From positions 5,024,001-5,088,000 of the forward strand of contig CBDFKD010000002.1 of assembly GCA_965248695.1 (NCBI GenBank): DNA of 64,000 bases, in the 5' to 3' direction. The number at the start of each line of letters is the position of its first letter. The first letter of the stretch is position 1. A model generated the notes under the pieces. It had not been told where the DNA came from. It saw only the letters and a program-made list of their open reading frames with translations, and did no database searches. Below are positions 1 through 10,285 of the stretch, one piece after another. The DNA is from Acidobacteriota bacterium (GTDB lineage Bacteria > Acidobacteriota > UBA890 > WLXD01). A program made the translations under genes and the position numbers.

Positions 1-1455
1 TTCGCCTTCGTCCGCAGGTGACGGCAGATAGAAGAAGTACTCGAGAACGAAGTGGTGGTTGGGCGAGAGCGGTACGTCGAAAACCCAATCCTCGCCATAG
101 GAGCCCATTCTGGGGCCCAAGCCGGTATCGAACCGCATCTCACGCGCTCCTTTCCCCACCCCGTGAAGGTCGAAGGTAACCCGCGTACTCTCGGGGTCGA
201 AGTTCTCAGGATAGACGTGAGAACCGCTGTCCCAGCACCCGGCCTCCATATATTGATACTGGCCGAGAATCGGCTTCAGGAAGCACAGGCTCTCGAAGAG
301 GTTCGGCTGAACCATGGGCAACTGGGGATCTCTGACAATGATGCCGGCGTCGGCAAGCTTCTGCTGGTAGCCCTTCATTATTTCGCGGGGGGTAAGGCCC
401 GCCCGGACGGTCTCCGACAGGATCTCGGCGATCGTCAGATGTTCCGCCCAGAGCTTCTCGATGTCGGCCGGCGGTGCGCTCTCTCCGTCACGCAACACGT
501 AGGCGAAGAGTCCCTGGCTCGGTGCTGCAAGAATGTCGCCTCCTTGAACCACGCTGTCTTCCCAGCTTTCGCTCCCTCCCCGTTGCGATGGTTGGGTGCG
601 CATTCTGCGAAAGATAGTCATGCCCAAATCGCGAGTCTTGGTTGCGCCCGGCACGATGTCGGCCAGAGCGCGCCTCAGGCGTTCGAGCTCTTCCGCGCGC
701 ATCTTCGTGAGCAGCTCGACTTCGCTCGGCACCGGGCTGATGTTGTAGTCCATGATCAGGTATTCGGACGACACCAGCCTGTCGGCGTACTCCTCACCGA
801 GCTCCTCAGCTAGCAGGAGGTAGTCCGCGTGCGAAATCCCATCATCTGTTCTGGTGGAGGTCGCCCACGGAGCGAGCTGGTCTCGGTAATTGACCGCGAT
901 GCGCTCCGGGTCGCGCGCTTCAACGAAGGCTCCGAGGCCCTTGAATCGGTGGTCATACTCCGTCATCGGGCTCGACAAGGGTTCGCCATAGACAACCGGT
1001 TCGCCGACGATGTCGTAGGCTCCGAGCGCTTCCATCGGATCCGAGTAGTCGCTGCGGCTCTTCGCCAGTTCAGTCGACCAGTCCGAAAACACGACACGCT
1101 GTGAAGCTCGCCAGCGACGCCCGATAATCGCCCGCTCGATCCGATCACCACCACGGTCCGTGAAGACGAAGACACCGGAGGTGCTGCCTAGCTCTTCCGC
1201 CCCGAACGGATCGGGGATGGCGGCGCGCATCACATGGACCCACATGTCGATGCCACGGTTCCGCATGATCTTCGGCACGATGAGGTCGAACTTGTCCCGA
1301 CGAATCTGGTTGTTCTCCTCGCCGTAGCGTGAGGAACCTACGGGCTCGTCTTGAGCCACGGCCGCGGCAGCAAACAACGTTGCCAGACCGAATAGCAGCA
1401 ACAGGCTCAGGGCGCTGGCGCAAATCGTCCGGGAACCTGTCGAAGTGCTCTGCAT
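1..1455 (-). CDS. Secreted M24-family (Xaa-Pro aminopeptidase-like) protein, runs off the left edge
   Basis: Absent from the ORF track because no stop falls inside the window. Manual translation from ATG 1455 gives a signal peptide (ALSLLLLFGLATLFAAAAVA-Q), then RRDKFDLIVPKIMRNRGIDMWVHVMR, and later DLHGVG and HHFVLEYF, typical of M24-like proteins. Confidence 0.7.
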   Translation of the reverse strand, partial: MQSTSTGSRTICASALSLLLLFGLATLFAAAAVAQDEPVGSSRYGEENNQIRRDKFDLIVPKIMRNRGIDMWVHVMRAAIPDPFGAEELGSTSGVFVFTDRGGDRIERAIIGRRWRASQRVVFSDWSTELAKSRSDYSDPMEALGAYDIVGEPVVYGEPLSSPMTEYDHRFKGLGAFVEARDPERIAVNYRDQLAPWATSTRTDDGISHADYLLLAEELGEEYADRLVSSEYLIMDYNISPVPSEVELLTKMRAEELERLRRALADIVPGATKTRDLGMTIFRRMRTQPSQRGGSESWEDSVVQGGDILAAPSQGLFAYVLRDGESAPPADIEKLWAEHLTIAEILSETVRAGLTPREIMKGYQQKLADAGIIVRDPQLPMVQPNLFESLCFLKPILGQYQYMEAGCWDSGSHVYPENFDPESTRVTFDLHGVGKGAREMRFDTGLGPRMGSYGEDWVFDVPLSPNHHFVLEYFFYLPSPADEGE

Positions 1456-1529
1456 GTGCGTCAGACCTGCCTCGGTTGTCGTAGAAGTGCCCGTAGCCTG
1501 CTATGGGTCACTGGTTTCTCGCAAGCGCC

Positions 1530-1616
1530 GGCGACTTCGTCAGAACAGGCGATAACCAATGGAGAGATCGGCAAGAGTACAAGCGGCATCGGCGAGAGGT
1601 GACCGTCGTAGGCTCA
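1530..1616 (-). repeat. Degenerate copy of the promoter arm plus tRNA-Glu-like core repeat
   Basis: cgtcagaacaggcgataaccaatggag aligns to cgtcagagcttgcgagatccaacggag (22323); ggcatcggcga aligns to ggcaacggcga; gtaggctca aligns to gtagcccca at equivalent spacing. Confidence 0.6.
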
Positions 1617-1628
1617 GATCCGCGGGGA

Positions 1629-3557
1629 CTAGCCGTGGCGCATCTGCAAGAGCTCGCCGACGGCGCGGTGAGCCTGATCGATGGCGATCTCGGTCATGGC
1701 CCGTGCGCCGGTGTCGGAGTTGGCGATGGCGATCCGGCCACGAGGATGCCGGGCGGTGACCCAAGGGGCACGCTCGGGCGGCACCTCATCGGGCCTCCAC
1801 GCGATCTGACCCGTCTTCGGATCGAGGCCTTTAGCATAGCCGTGCGGCCAGCGGTTCACCGTGATGGCCTCGATGTCGCGCGCCGGGTCGAAGCCTCCGG
1901 CGGACAGTATCCGGCCGAGCTGGTCCCTGATCTTTCGCTCGAAGGTCGCGAACGTCGTCGCCAGCAGACCATGGCGCGCGGCCTTCCACTGCTCAGCCAC
2001 GGACCGCCCGCGGGCCTCCGGTACGAGGGGAACGCGCCACATGCGCACGACGATGGGCTCCTCGGGCGTACCAGCGTGTCGGTAGTTGCCGATGCTGATG
2101 GGTGGCGGCACATTCACGTTCTCGAAATAACTCCCCGGGCAGCGCACCCTGCTCACACCGAGCCTGGCGAAGGCGGTCCAGTTGCGGATCAGGACGTTGG
2201 TGTAGACAAGGGGCGACTTGAGTGCGTTCGATAGCGCCTGTTTTTGAGTATCCGGCAGCTCCTCGCAGATCAAAGGGATCACGGCGTTGTAACAGGCGAG
2301 CACGCAACGACCGGCGCGAACGCGCCGGGCGTGGCCGTCGCGGACGTAGGTGACCTCGACCTCCTTGGCGGTTCGCCGATCGCCACGGTGAGCTACCCGC
2401 ACCGCTGTGCTCTCCAGACGCACGCGGACAGCCGAGCCTTCCCGATCGAGCTTGCCGTAGTCGAACGGAGCGTCGACGATGTCCTCCATCGTGCTGCCGG
2501 GAGCGACCTCTGGGATCAGCGACCGGACGATCAGACGCGCGATCGACGCGTTGCCATCCGGAAACTGGAAGAAAGCACGCTCCTCGCGGTTATCATCGGC
2601 ACCATCATCGTCGTCGCCGAGCCCCAGCCCGGTGGTCCCAGGCCAGCGGCCGGCGCCGAGCCAGGCGGGGACGCCATCGAGGCCGATAGTCCAACCGCCG
2701 GAGGTCTCGAGGAAGGAGATTGCCTCGCGACCTATCTTGGCCACCTTCAAGAGAAAGTCTTCGTAGCTCGTGTTGCGAAGAAACTCGACCTTTTCCTCCA
2801 AGCTGAGGTGTGCCAGGTAATCGATGTTCGGCTCGTGGAGTCTTACAAGGTCATCACGTGCCGTTTCGGACAGGGGCGCGCGCGCCAGGAACTCGCGCCA
2901 AGAGGGCTCGCCTTCGCCTACCAGCAGCCGATCGGTGCCGAACGTTTCGCGGTCGAAGAAAACCGATCTGCGCAGGCCAAGTGAGCTGTACAGATCGCTA
3001 TCGACGAATTCGGAGTAACGGCTTACGTCGATGCCAATCCCGCGGATCAGGCGCTGGGCTCCTTCACCGTACTCGTTCAGGTTGGAGATAAAAATCGTGC
3101 CGCCATGTGACAGGAACATCCGACCGTCGAGCCGGAACTCGTTGCGCTTGGCATGACCGCCGAAGTCGTCGTGGTTGTCGAGAATCAGGATGCGGGCGTC
3201 GGGAACCGCTTCCTGGTAGAACCACGCCGCTGCGAGGCCGCTGAGGCCACCGCCAACCACGACCAGATCGTAGAGCTCACCCGTCTCCTCCGCGTTGTCC
3301 CAGCGCACGCCTTCGACAAGCTGGTGGGCAACCTCGTAGGAGCCGTCGTGGCTGCCGCGCATGCCGGTACGGATGGGTGGGTACGCGTCGGCGAGGGTCT
3401 GTGAGACCCCTCCCGGAGCCTCAGGGCTCGCCAAGGCGTTCGTCTGCGCCCACGGGAACGTGAGACTGCCGCTTAGCGCAACGCTGACACCGGAGACGAA
3501 GTCGCGACGGTTAATCTCCCGGTGCATCCCGAGATCACGATCATCACTGCTGGACAT
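1629..3557 (-). CDS. Tat-exported FAD-dependent oxidoreductase, spermidine dehydrogenase (SpdH)-like
   Basis: INRRDF Tat motif, YPPIRTGMRGSH, VVGGGLSGL FAD motif, LDNHDDFGGHAKRNE, ITVNRWPHGYA. Start moved to ATG 3557. Confidence 0.85.
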   Translation of the reverse strand: MSSSDDRDLGMHREINRRDFVSGVSVALSGSLTFPWAQTNALASPEAPGGVSQTLADAYPPIRTGMRGSHDGSYEVAHQLVEGVRWDNAEETGELYDLVVVGGGLSGLAAAWFYQEAVPDARILILDNHDDFGGHAKRNEFRLDGRMFLSHGGTIFISNLNEYGEGAQRLIRGIGIDVSRYSEFVDSDLYSSLGLRRSVFFDRETFGTDRLLVGEGEPSWREFLARAPLSETARDDLVRLHEPNIDYLAHLSLEEKVEFLRNTSYEDFLLKVAKIGREAISFLETSGGWTIGLDGVPAWLGAGRWPGTTGLGLGDDDDGADDNREERAFFQFPDGNASIARLIVRSLIPEVAPGSTMEDIVDAPFDYGKLDREGSAVRVRLESTAVRVAHRGDRRTAKEVEVTYVRDGHARRVRAGRCVLACYNAVIPLICEELPDTQKQALSNALKSPLVYTNVLIRNWTAFARLGVSRVRCPGSYFENVNVPPPISIGNYRHAGTPEEPIVVRMWRVPLVPEARGRSVAEQWKAARHGLLATTFATFERKIRDQLGRILSAGGFDPARDIEAITVNRWPHGYAKGLDPKTGQIAWRPDEVPPERAPWVTARHPRGRIAIANSDTGARAMTEIAIDQAHRAVGELLQMRHG

Positions 3558-3789
3558 GGGTCCTCCGGATTCTCTGACGCCGTTGCTGCGCGGACCGTCG
3601 GTTCTCGAGTCCCTAGCGATTCCTCTCGTGTCCAAACTCTACCGTTCCGGAGCCTAACGCCCAGTTGGGCTGAGTGCCACGATCGTAGGAGGTGCGCTCG
3701 TTGGCGGGGGTTCCTTGAGTGGAAGCGGCCATGACGGCAACGTCGTGATCGCGATAGGCTCCGACGCCATGATCGCCATACGAACCGAT

Positions 3790-4548
3790 ATGGACTTCAC
3801 CGACAAGCGAGTTCTAGTAACGGGTAGCAGTCGGGGTATCGGGTTTGCGGTTGCCAGAGCCTTTGTCGACGCCGGCGCCCGCGTCGCCATCAATGGCAGA
3901 ACAACGCACTCCGTGAGCGCCGCCATGGAGAGACTGGACGAGGGTGCGCGCCTGGCCGCAGCGCCCGGCGATATCGGAACCGTTCCGGGCTGCGAGTCGG
4001 TAGTGAGCACTGCGAACGACACCTTCGGCGGCCTCGATGTTCTGGTGAACAGCGCCGGTATCGTGTCGGCCAAACCCATCGAGGACAGCGACGAGGGAAT
4101 GTGGGACGCTCAACTCGACGTGAACCTGAAGGGCACCTTCTTCTGCTGCCGCGCGGCATTGTTCGCACTACGCGAGTCCAGCGGCAACATCGTCAACATG
4201 GCCTCGGATGCCGGGCTGATGGGGTTTGCAGGGGTCGCCGTGTACTGCGCATCGAAAGCAGGGGTCGTCAACATGACCCGCGCCATGGCGTTGGAGGTCG
4301 CGCCAGACGTACGCGTCAACTGTGTCTGTCCGGGCTATGTCGATACCGACATGATCCGCCGAGACAACATCGACAAGAAGGATGATCCGGCCGCAGCCGA
4401 GCAGAGGATGATCGACTACGCGCCGATGAAGCGCATCGCAACGCCCGCCGAGATCAGCCAGGCGGTTCTCTATCTGGCTTCATCCGAAGCGCGTTTCGTC
4501 ACGGGTGCGGCGCTAGCGATTGATGGCGGCGTGACCGCTGGCCGTTGA
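3790..4548 (+). CDS. SDR family NAD(P)-dependent oxidoreductase
   Basis: TGSSRGIG, NSAG, YCASK, NCVCPG motifs. Confidence 0.9.
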   Translation: MDFTDKRVLVTGSSRGIGFAVARAFVDAGARVAINGRTTHSVSAAMERLDEGARLAAAPGDIGTVPGCESVVSTANDTFGGLDVLVNSAGIVSAKPIEDSDEGMWDAQLDVNLKGTFFCCRAALFALRESSGNIVNMASDAGLMGFAGVAVYCASKAGVVNMTRAMALEVAPDVRVNCVCPGYVDTDMIRRDNIDKKDDPAAAEQRMIDYAPMKRIATPAEISQAVLYLASSEARFVTGAALAIDGGVTAGR

Positions 4549-4578
4549 GCTCCGGTCTGGCTCGCCGAAGAGTGTTTC

Positions 4579-5988
4579 TCAGGAGTACCCGATCAAAACG
4601 GCCACGGCCAATGCGATCGAGCCCACGATCCAGATCTTCACCATGAAGGGCAGGATGAATCGCAGCCAGCGGTCGTACGGGATCGCTGCCATGGCCAGGG
4701 CTCCCACCAGGACAGCCTGGGTGGGAACCAGGATGTTGCTGAACCCGTCGCCGAACTGGAAGGCCAGTACCGACACCTGCCGGCTGACGCCCGCGAGGTC
4801 GGCCAAAGGAGCCATGATCGGCATGGTGACGTAGGCCTGACCGGTTCCCGAGGGGATGAAGAAGTTGGCGATGCTCTGAACGAAGAACATTCCGATGGCG
4901 GAGAAGGCTCCTGGAAGCTCTCTCACGGGAAGGCTGATGCCGTAAACCAAGGTGTCCACGATGCCGCCCTCGTTGAGGATCACCGAGATGCCCCGGGCCA
5001 CGCCGATCAGCAGGGCAACGCTCGTGAAGCTCGCTGCGCCGGCGCCGAACTCCACCGCAGTGCGATCGGGCCTCATGCGGGCGATGATGGCAATGATCAC
5101 GGTGAGCGCGACGAAGACCGCCTGCATCTCGATCAGAAACCACTGCCGCTGGCTCAGCCCGTAGACAAGCACGATCTGCGAGATGGCAACGGCGGCCAGG
5201 ACCAACTTGTGTGTCGGGGTCATCGGGAGATGATCGGCGCCGGCGTCTCCGTCTACGCCACTGGTAGTCGACGCCCCAACGGGCGCGCTCACGTCGGCCA
5301 CCAGGCTCGCCGCTGGATCCCGCTTCACCTTCTTGGCATAGGACCAGACGTGGTGGATGCCGATCGGCAGGAAGACGACCATGAGCACAACGCGGTACCA
5401 AAGCCCCGATGCGGGTTGGAGCCCGGCGATGTCCTGGGCGAGAAGTGTGGTGAAGGGGTTGATGAGGGCAGCGCCGAAGCCGACGCCATACCCGATCATG
5501 ATGATCCCCACGGCCGTGACCCTGTCGTATCCGAGGGCGAGAGCGAGCGTGATGAGGACGGGGACAAAGGGGAAATACTCTTCGCCGAATCCGATGGTGC
5601 TCGAACCGAGGGCGAACAAGGTGGTTCCGCCGGCTACCAACCAGAAGGGTCGATCCCCCCATCGGCGGAGGAGAGCTCCTATGACGGCATCCACCGCCCC
5701 CGTGGCGCGTAGAACGGCGACCGCTCCCCCGATGATGAGGAGCAAGAAGATGATCTGGTGCGCGCCGGTCAGCCCCTTGGGAACGGCGGTCAGGCTGGCC
5801 AGTGGCGACAACGCCGGAGCATCGACGGTGAACTCGAAGCTACCGGGAACGACCTGGAGTCGCCCAGCCGCATTCTCCACTCGTTCGAACGACCCGGCGG
5901 GAAGGACGTAGGAGAGGATCTGGCCCAGGATCACCATCGCGAACAGGATGACCAGCGTGTGTGGGACCTTGAGCTTGCTTTTCGTCAC
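4579..5988 (-). CDS. YfcC-family membrane transporter (putative basic amino acid antiporter)
   Basis: KVPHTLVILF N-terminus, INPFT, FFIPSGTGQA, LAFQFGDGFSN; many hydrophobic segments. GTG start inferred. Confidence 0.85.
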   Translation of the reverse strand: MTKSKLKVPHTLVILFAMVILGQILSYVLPAGSFERVENAAGRLQVVPGSFEFTVDAPALSPLASLTAVPKGLTGAHQIIFLLLIIGGAVAVLRATGAVDAVIGALLRRWGDRPFWLVAGGTTLFALGSSTIGFGEEYFPFVPVLITLALALGYDRVTAVGIIMIGYGVGFGAALINPFTTLLAQDIAGLQPASGLWYRVVLMVVFLPIGIHHVWSYAKKVKRDPAASLVADVSAPVGASTTSGVDGDAGADHLPMTPTHKLVLAAVAISQIVLVYGLSQRQWFLIEMQAVFVALTVIIAIIARMRPDRTAVEFGAGAASFTSVALLIGVARGISVILNEGGIVDTLVYGISLPVRELPGAFSAIGMFFVQSIANFFIPSGTGQAYVTMPIMAPLADLAGVSRQVSVLAFQFGDGFSNILVPTQAVLVGALAMAAIPYDRWLRFILPFMVKIWIVGSIALAVAVLIGYS

Positions 5989-6209
5989 GATGGGTGCCTT
6001 CTGCTCACGACCTCGGCATCGAAGAATAAACAACTCGGCCAGCAAGCGCGGCTTTTCTCACCCCGATGCAGCGGGCCGAGTACACTGACGCCGCGCTCGA
6101 TGCGGTGAACCGGACGATACCGTCTCGCGAAGCCACCGGAGATCGCGGCACTGTTCGCCCCCGGTCGGGACGCCAGAGTCGCCGCCAACCAAGAAGGGGA
6201 ATCGCTCGC

Positions 6210-6971
6210 ATGAGATTGGACGGCATGGTGGGCCTGATCACCGGTGGCACCGCGGGAATCGGCACCGCCACCGCGGTGCGCTTCGCGCGCGAAGGAGCAT
6301 CGGTGGTACTGACGGGGCGCAACTCGGAGCGCGGCGAGGCGGTGGCGCAGTCGATCGCCGACGCCGGCGGCGAGGCAATGTTCATCCGCTCCGACGTGCG
6401 CCTTGCCGAGGATTGCCGGCAGGCCGTAGAGCAGACGCTGGAGCGCTTTGGCCGCATCGACATCCTGTTCAACAACGCCGGGGTGTTTCATCCGAAGACC
6501 GTTCCGGATTGTACCGAGGAGGAGTGGGACGAGACGATCGACTCCAGCCTGAAAGGGGCCTTTCTGATGTCGAAGTACACCATTCCGTCGATGATCGAGA
6601 ACGGTGGCGGCTCGATCATCCACACCAGCTCCGGCTGGGGCATCCTCGGCGGCGACAAGGCGGCGGCCTACTGTGCGGCGAAGGGAGGCCTGATCGTCAT
6701 GGCCAAGGCGATGGCGATCGACCACGGCCCCGACGGCATTCGCGTCAACTGCGTGTGCCCTGGCGACGTCGATACTCCGATGCTCCCCGACGACGCCGCC
6801 AAGCGTGGCCAGTCGTGGGAGGAGTATCTCGCCGGCTGCTCGGAACGGCCGCTGGGCCGCATCGGCACCGCTGACGAGATAGCGGACGCGGTGGTCTTCC
6901 TCGCTTCCGACCAAGCTTCGTTCGTCACCGGCGAGTCTCTGGTCGTAGACGGCGGTGGCGTCGCCGGCTGA
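6210..6971 (+). CDS. SDR family oxidoreductase
   Basis: TGGTAGIG, NNAG, YCAAK, NCVCPGDVDT; purine-rich RBS upstream of ATG 6210. Confidence 0.9.
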   Translation: MRLDGMVGLITGGTAGIGTATAVRFAREGASVVLTGRNSERGEAVAQSIADAGGEAMFIRSDVRLAEDCRQAVEQTLERFGRIDILFNNAGVFHPKTVPDCTEEEWDETIDSSLKGAFLMSKYTIPSMIENGGGSIIHTSSGWGILGGDKAAAYCAAKGGLIVMAKAMAIDHGPDGIRVNCVCPGDVDTPMLPDDAAKRGQSWEEYLAGCSERPLGRIGTADEIADAVVFLASDQASFVTGESLVVDGGGVAG

Positions 6972-6991
6972 AGCGCCCCAAGGGCCAAGAT

Positions 6992-7435
6992 TCATCGCAT
7001 CGACCTGGAGCCACCGGTTCGCTCTTCAATCGCGGCCCGCTCTTCCGGCGTAATCGGTCGATCCGGTTCCGATGCAATGCGCTCGTGAAGCGCACGGAAT
7101 TGCTCGACCAATTCCGGACTGTCCATGAAGTAGACGACCTTCAGAGGCTCGTCATTGTCCGGGTTCGCGATGCGGTGAAATGTGCTCTGCGGCACGAGGA
7201 TCACGTCACCAGGTTCAATGGTCTCGGTCTGGTCGCCCAGCGTCGCGGTGCCCCGACCTGACACGACATAGAACAGCTCATCGCCCTGGTCGTGAGCGTG
7301 GAGATTCGTCGTGTAGCCTCGCTGGAATGTTTGTTCAACCAGCATCGGGCTCAACGTTCCGGTCTCCGGCGATGCCTTGACGACAATGCCGTTCAGCAGC
7401 GGTTCACCCTCTCCCGACTTGAGAACGAGTCCCAT
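6992..7435 (-). CDS. Cupin domain protein
   Basis: HAHDQGDELFYVVSG and PGDVILVPQSTFH cupin motifs; GAGGGAGG RBS before ATG 7435. Confidence 0.85.
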   Translation of the reverse strand: MGLVLKSGEGEPLLNGIVVKASPETGTLSPMLVEQTFQRGYTTNLHAHDQGDELFYVVSGRGTATLGDQTETIEPGDVILVPQSTFHRIANPDNDEPLKVVYFMDSPELVEQFRALHERIASEPDRPITPEERAAIEERTGGSRSMR

Positions 7436-7577
7436 CGTTCCTCCCTCAGTCCGCGTCGCTGACATCGGATCCATCTCGCGCAGAAGCGACAATAGGCTGG
7501 AGATCGTCTGATCTCCCTGACCGACTATCACGAATCGGCGAGCACTGGCAGTGTGACGATGATCGCCCGTGCGGCCT

Positions 7578-9614
7578 CTAGCCGTCGTCGCCGCTGTGAC
7601 GTTCGAACCAGGCCATAGCGTGGAGCACCTTCGCGATCAGCTGGCTGGGACGCGCGGAGATGTTGTGGGAGGCCCCCGGGATCTGCACCAGCGCGGTCTC
7701 GATACGCCGCAGCTTCAGCGCGTGGTAGAGCTGCTTGGACTCCGACAGCGGCGTGCGCAGGTCGGCCGTGCCCACCATCACCATCGTCGGAGTCGTTATG
7801 TTGGCCACCAGCGACAGCGGCGAGAACTGCCAGTACCCCATGGGGTTTTCCCATGGGGCGCCCGGATAGCGGTAGTGCATGTAGCCGTCGTAGTTGTCGG
7901 CCACCAGGGTCTTGCTGATCCAGTTCACCACAGGTTTGGTGACCACCGCGGCACGGAACCGGTCGGTCTTGCCGACGATCCAGGCGGTCATGATGCCGCC
8001 GGCGCTGCCGCCGGTGACGTAGAGGCGGTCCTCGTCGATGTAACCGCGCGCGACCACGTCGTCGACCACCGACATGAGGTCGTCGTAGTCGTTGCCCGGG
8101 TAGTCGTGATACAGCAGGTTGCCGAACTCCTCGCCGTAGCTCGTGCTGCCGCGTGGGTTCGAATACACCACCACGTAGCCGGCGCTGGCGTAGAGCTGGA
8201 TCTCGGCGGAGAAGCGGTCGCCGTAGTTGGAGATCGGGCCGCCGTGAATCTCCAGTAGCAACGGGTAACGGTGCGCCGGGTCGAAACCGGGCGGGTGGAC
8301 GATCCAGGACTGGATGCGGCGGCCGTCGTGGGAGGACTCCGTCCAGATCGGCTCGGCCGGGGCGATGCTGCGCTGGCTCTTCAGGTCGGCGTTGAGCGCC
8401 GTAAGCAAACGGGGTTCGCCGGCGGGCTCCACCAGCATGACTTCGCTGGGGTCGTCAGAGGTCGAGTGGGTGAAGGCCACGGTGCCGTCGCGCGCTACGG
8501 AGAAATTGCCGCCTCCGTACGGCCGCCCTACCGACGACGTGCCACCGAGCCCCTCGGCGACCGATTCGAAGCGGCCTTCCGGCGTCGTGAACCCCAGCTT
8601 CGTGATCCCTTCGTCGTCGTAGGCGAAGAAGACCCCGCTGCCGTCTGCAGCCCACACCGGCCCATTGACGGAGCGGTCTAGCTCCTCGAGCACGGCGCGA
8701 GGCCTGGAGCCGTCGGCGCCCATGAGGTGCAGGTCGCTGGTCTGGTACGTCTGGATGCGATCGTCGAAGCCGACGTAGGCGACGAGTGAGCCGTTAGGCG
8801 CCGGCGCCGGGCTGCCGTCGGGGCCTCGGCGGTCGGTGAGCTCGGTGATGGCGCCGGTCGCCAGCGACACCGTGTAGATCTCGCTTTCTCGCCGCTCGTA
8901 CTCCCAGTCGCGGCTCCGGTTTCCGGTGAAGAGCAACGAGCTGCCGTCGGCTGTCCACACAGGCCCCTGGTGATGGAAGTCGTCAGTGGTGAGCTGGCGC
9001 GCGGAGCCGCCGTCGGCCGGGATCACGAACACATGGTTGAAGCCTGGCTCGATGAAGCCCCGGCCGTCGGCCTCGTGACGCACCCGTGTCTCCACGCGCG
9101 GCGGATCCGCCCACTCCGCCCCGGCCGGCCGGGGTGGCATCGAGGTTAGCTTCGGCGGCGTGGCGGGTATCAGCATCGAGAACGCGATCTGGCTGCCGTC
9201 CGGCGACCACGCGATGCTGCGCGGCGACCGCTCGAGCTGCGTGAGCCGCGCCGATTGCCCAGTGGCCACCCAGTAAAGGTAGATCTCGGTGCCGTCCTCG
9301 CCCCCGGCCACGTAGGCGATCCGTGACCCGTCCGGGGACCAGCGCGGAGACGACTGTGTGCCCTCGCCGCCTACGAGCGGCCGATTGTCAGTGCCGTCGC
9401 TGCGCACCATCCAGATCCGCCCCTCGCGACGGTCGCGCATGATGCTCATGCCGTTGCGCACGTAAGCCACCCAGTCGCCTTCGGGCGATATCTGCACGTC
9501 GGAGGCATACTCGATCTCGAACACGTCGAGAGCGGAGAACGGCTGCTGCTGGGCAACGACGAGCAACGCCGGCAACAGCGAAAGCGAGCCGGCCAACGCC
9601 AGGTACCTGATCAT
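7578..9614 (-). CDS. Secreted S9-family peptidase (acylaminoacyl/dipeptidyl peptidase)
   Basis: Signal peptide, WSPDG propeller repeats, IHGGP, NPRGS, GGSAGG nucleophile elbow, catalytic D and H. Confidence 0.92.
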   Translation of the reverse strand: MIRYLALAGSLSLLPALLVVAQQQPFSALDVFEIEYASDVQISPEGDWVAYVRNGMSIMRDRREGRIWMVRSDGTDNRPLVGGEGTQSSPRWSPDGSRIAYVAGGEDGTEIYLYWVATGQSARLTQLERSPRSIAWSPDGSQIAFSMLIPATPPKLTSMPPRPAGAEWADPPRVETRVRHEADGRGFIEPGFNHVFVIPADGGSARQLTTDDFHHQGPVWTADGSSLLFTGNRSRDWEYERRESEIYTVSLATGAITELTDRRGPDGSPAPAPNGSLVAYVGFDDRIQTYQTSDLHLMGADGSRPRAVLEELDRSVNGPVWAADGSGVFFAYDDEGITKLGFTTPEGRFESVAEGLGGTSSVGRPYGGGNFSVARDGTVAFTHSTSDDPSEVMLVEPAGEPRLLTALNADLKSQRSIAPAEPIWTESSHDGRRIQSWIVHPPGFDPAHRYPLLLEIHGGPISNYGDRFSAEIQLYASAGYVVVYSNPRGSTSYGEEFGNLLYHDYPGNDYDDLMSVVDDVVARGYIDEDRLYVTGGSAGGIMTAWIVGKTDRFRAAVVTKPVVNWISKTLVADNYDGYMHYRYPGAPWENPMGYWQFSPLSLVANITTPTMVMVGTADLRTPLSESKQLYHALKLRRIETALVQIPGASHNISARPSQLIAKVLHAMAWFERHSGDDG

Positions 9615-9625
9615 GGGCTGATCCC

Positions 9626-10231
9626 TCAGAGCAGTTCGACGACGATCTCGGTCGGTCCACCTGGCGCATTGATCGCCCAGCCTGGACCGTCGAGGTCGTA
9701 GGGGCAAGATGAGACGGCGCAGATGAGGTCCATGCGCGCCTTGAGCACTACGTAGCCGCCGGGCTCGACCACGGGCGCGGCCGGCGTATGGAACAGGAAC
9801 CCGTCTTCCACGGTCGTGTTGGTAAAGAAATTCACCGCGAAAGGGGTCACGGCGATCTCGTGGCCCATTTCACGCATTGCCATCTCGAGGTTCTCGGCGC
9901 AGCTCCGGTGATGACCCTCGACGCCGAATTGTTTGTAACGAATCGCGTCGCATGGGGCGATGATCAGATCGTGGATGCCCTCGGCTCCGTCTTCGACAAA
10001 ATCGAGCATCGGCCGCCGGAAGCGACTGAGGAAGGTGTCGCCGACTCGTGGGTGCAACGCGCGTGTCGGCATCCAGGTGTGGGCGGGAGACAGCCACTCG
10101 CCGACATCGTCCGCGCGGAAGGCAAAGAGGTCGGCGGACTGTTGGCCCTTGGGAGTGATGATGCGGAACAGCTGCCCCTCGGCGACCCGAAACGCACGGC
10201 CGTCGCCGGCCGGAACAACCAATGTCTCCAT
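9626..10231 (-). CDS. Urea carboxylase-associated family protein (DUF1989)
   Basis: GQQSADLFAF, HDLIIAPC, HRSCAENL, SSCPYD motifs. Confidence 0.85.
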   Translation of the reverse strand: METLVVPAGDGRAFRVAEGQLFRIITPKGQQSADLFAFRADDVGEWLSPAHTWMPTRALHPRVGDTFLSRFRRPMLDFVEDGAEGIHDLIIAPCDAIRYKQFGVEGHHRSCAENLEMAMREMGHEIAVTPFAVNFFTNTTVEDGFLFHTPAAPVVEPGGYVVLKARMDLICAVSSCPYDLDGPGWAINAPGGPTEIVVELL

Positions 10232-10285
10232 CTACGGGTCCGTCGGCACGAGTCGCTGCAGCTCCTCGAACCAGTTGGTGATGGC
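10232..10285 (-). pseudogene. Remnant of a kinase-beta-propeller gene C-terminus (AITNWFEELQRLVPTDP*)
   Basis: Fills the whole intergenic gap; 42/49 nt identical by eye to 19934-19982. Confidence 0.75.

Noticed and set aside
52-1423. ORF-track calls 52-813, 829-1104, 963-1175 and 1145-1423
   Set aside because: Shadows of the minus-strand M24-like gene that runs off the window.
3650-3680. Possible junction trace (LTPSW, agcctaacgcccagttgg)
   Set aside because: Too short and no matching arm at the expected distance.
7460-7531. QTISS / LLREMD peptides resembling a kinase start or recombinase tail
   Set aside because: Two incompatible interpretations and no DNA match to other copies.
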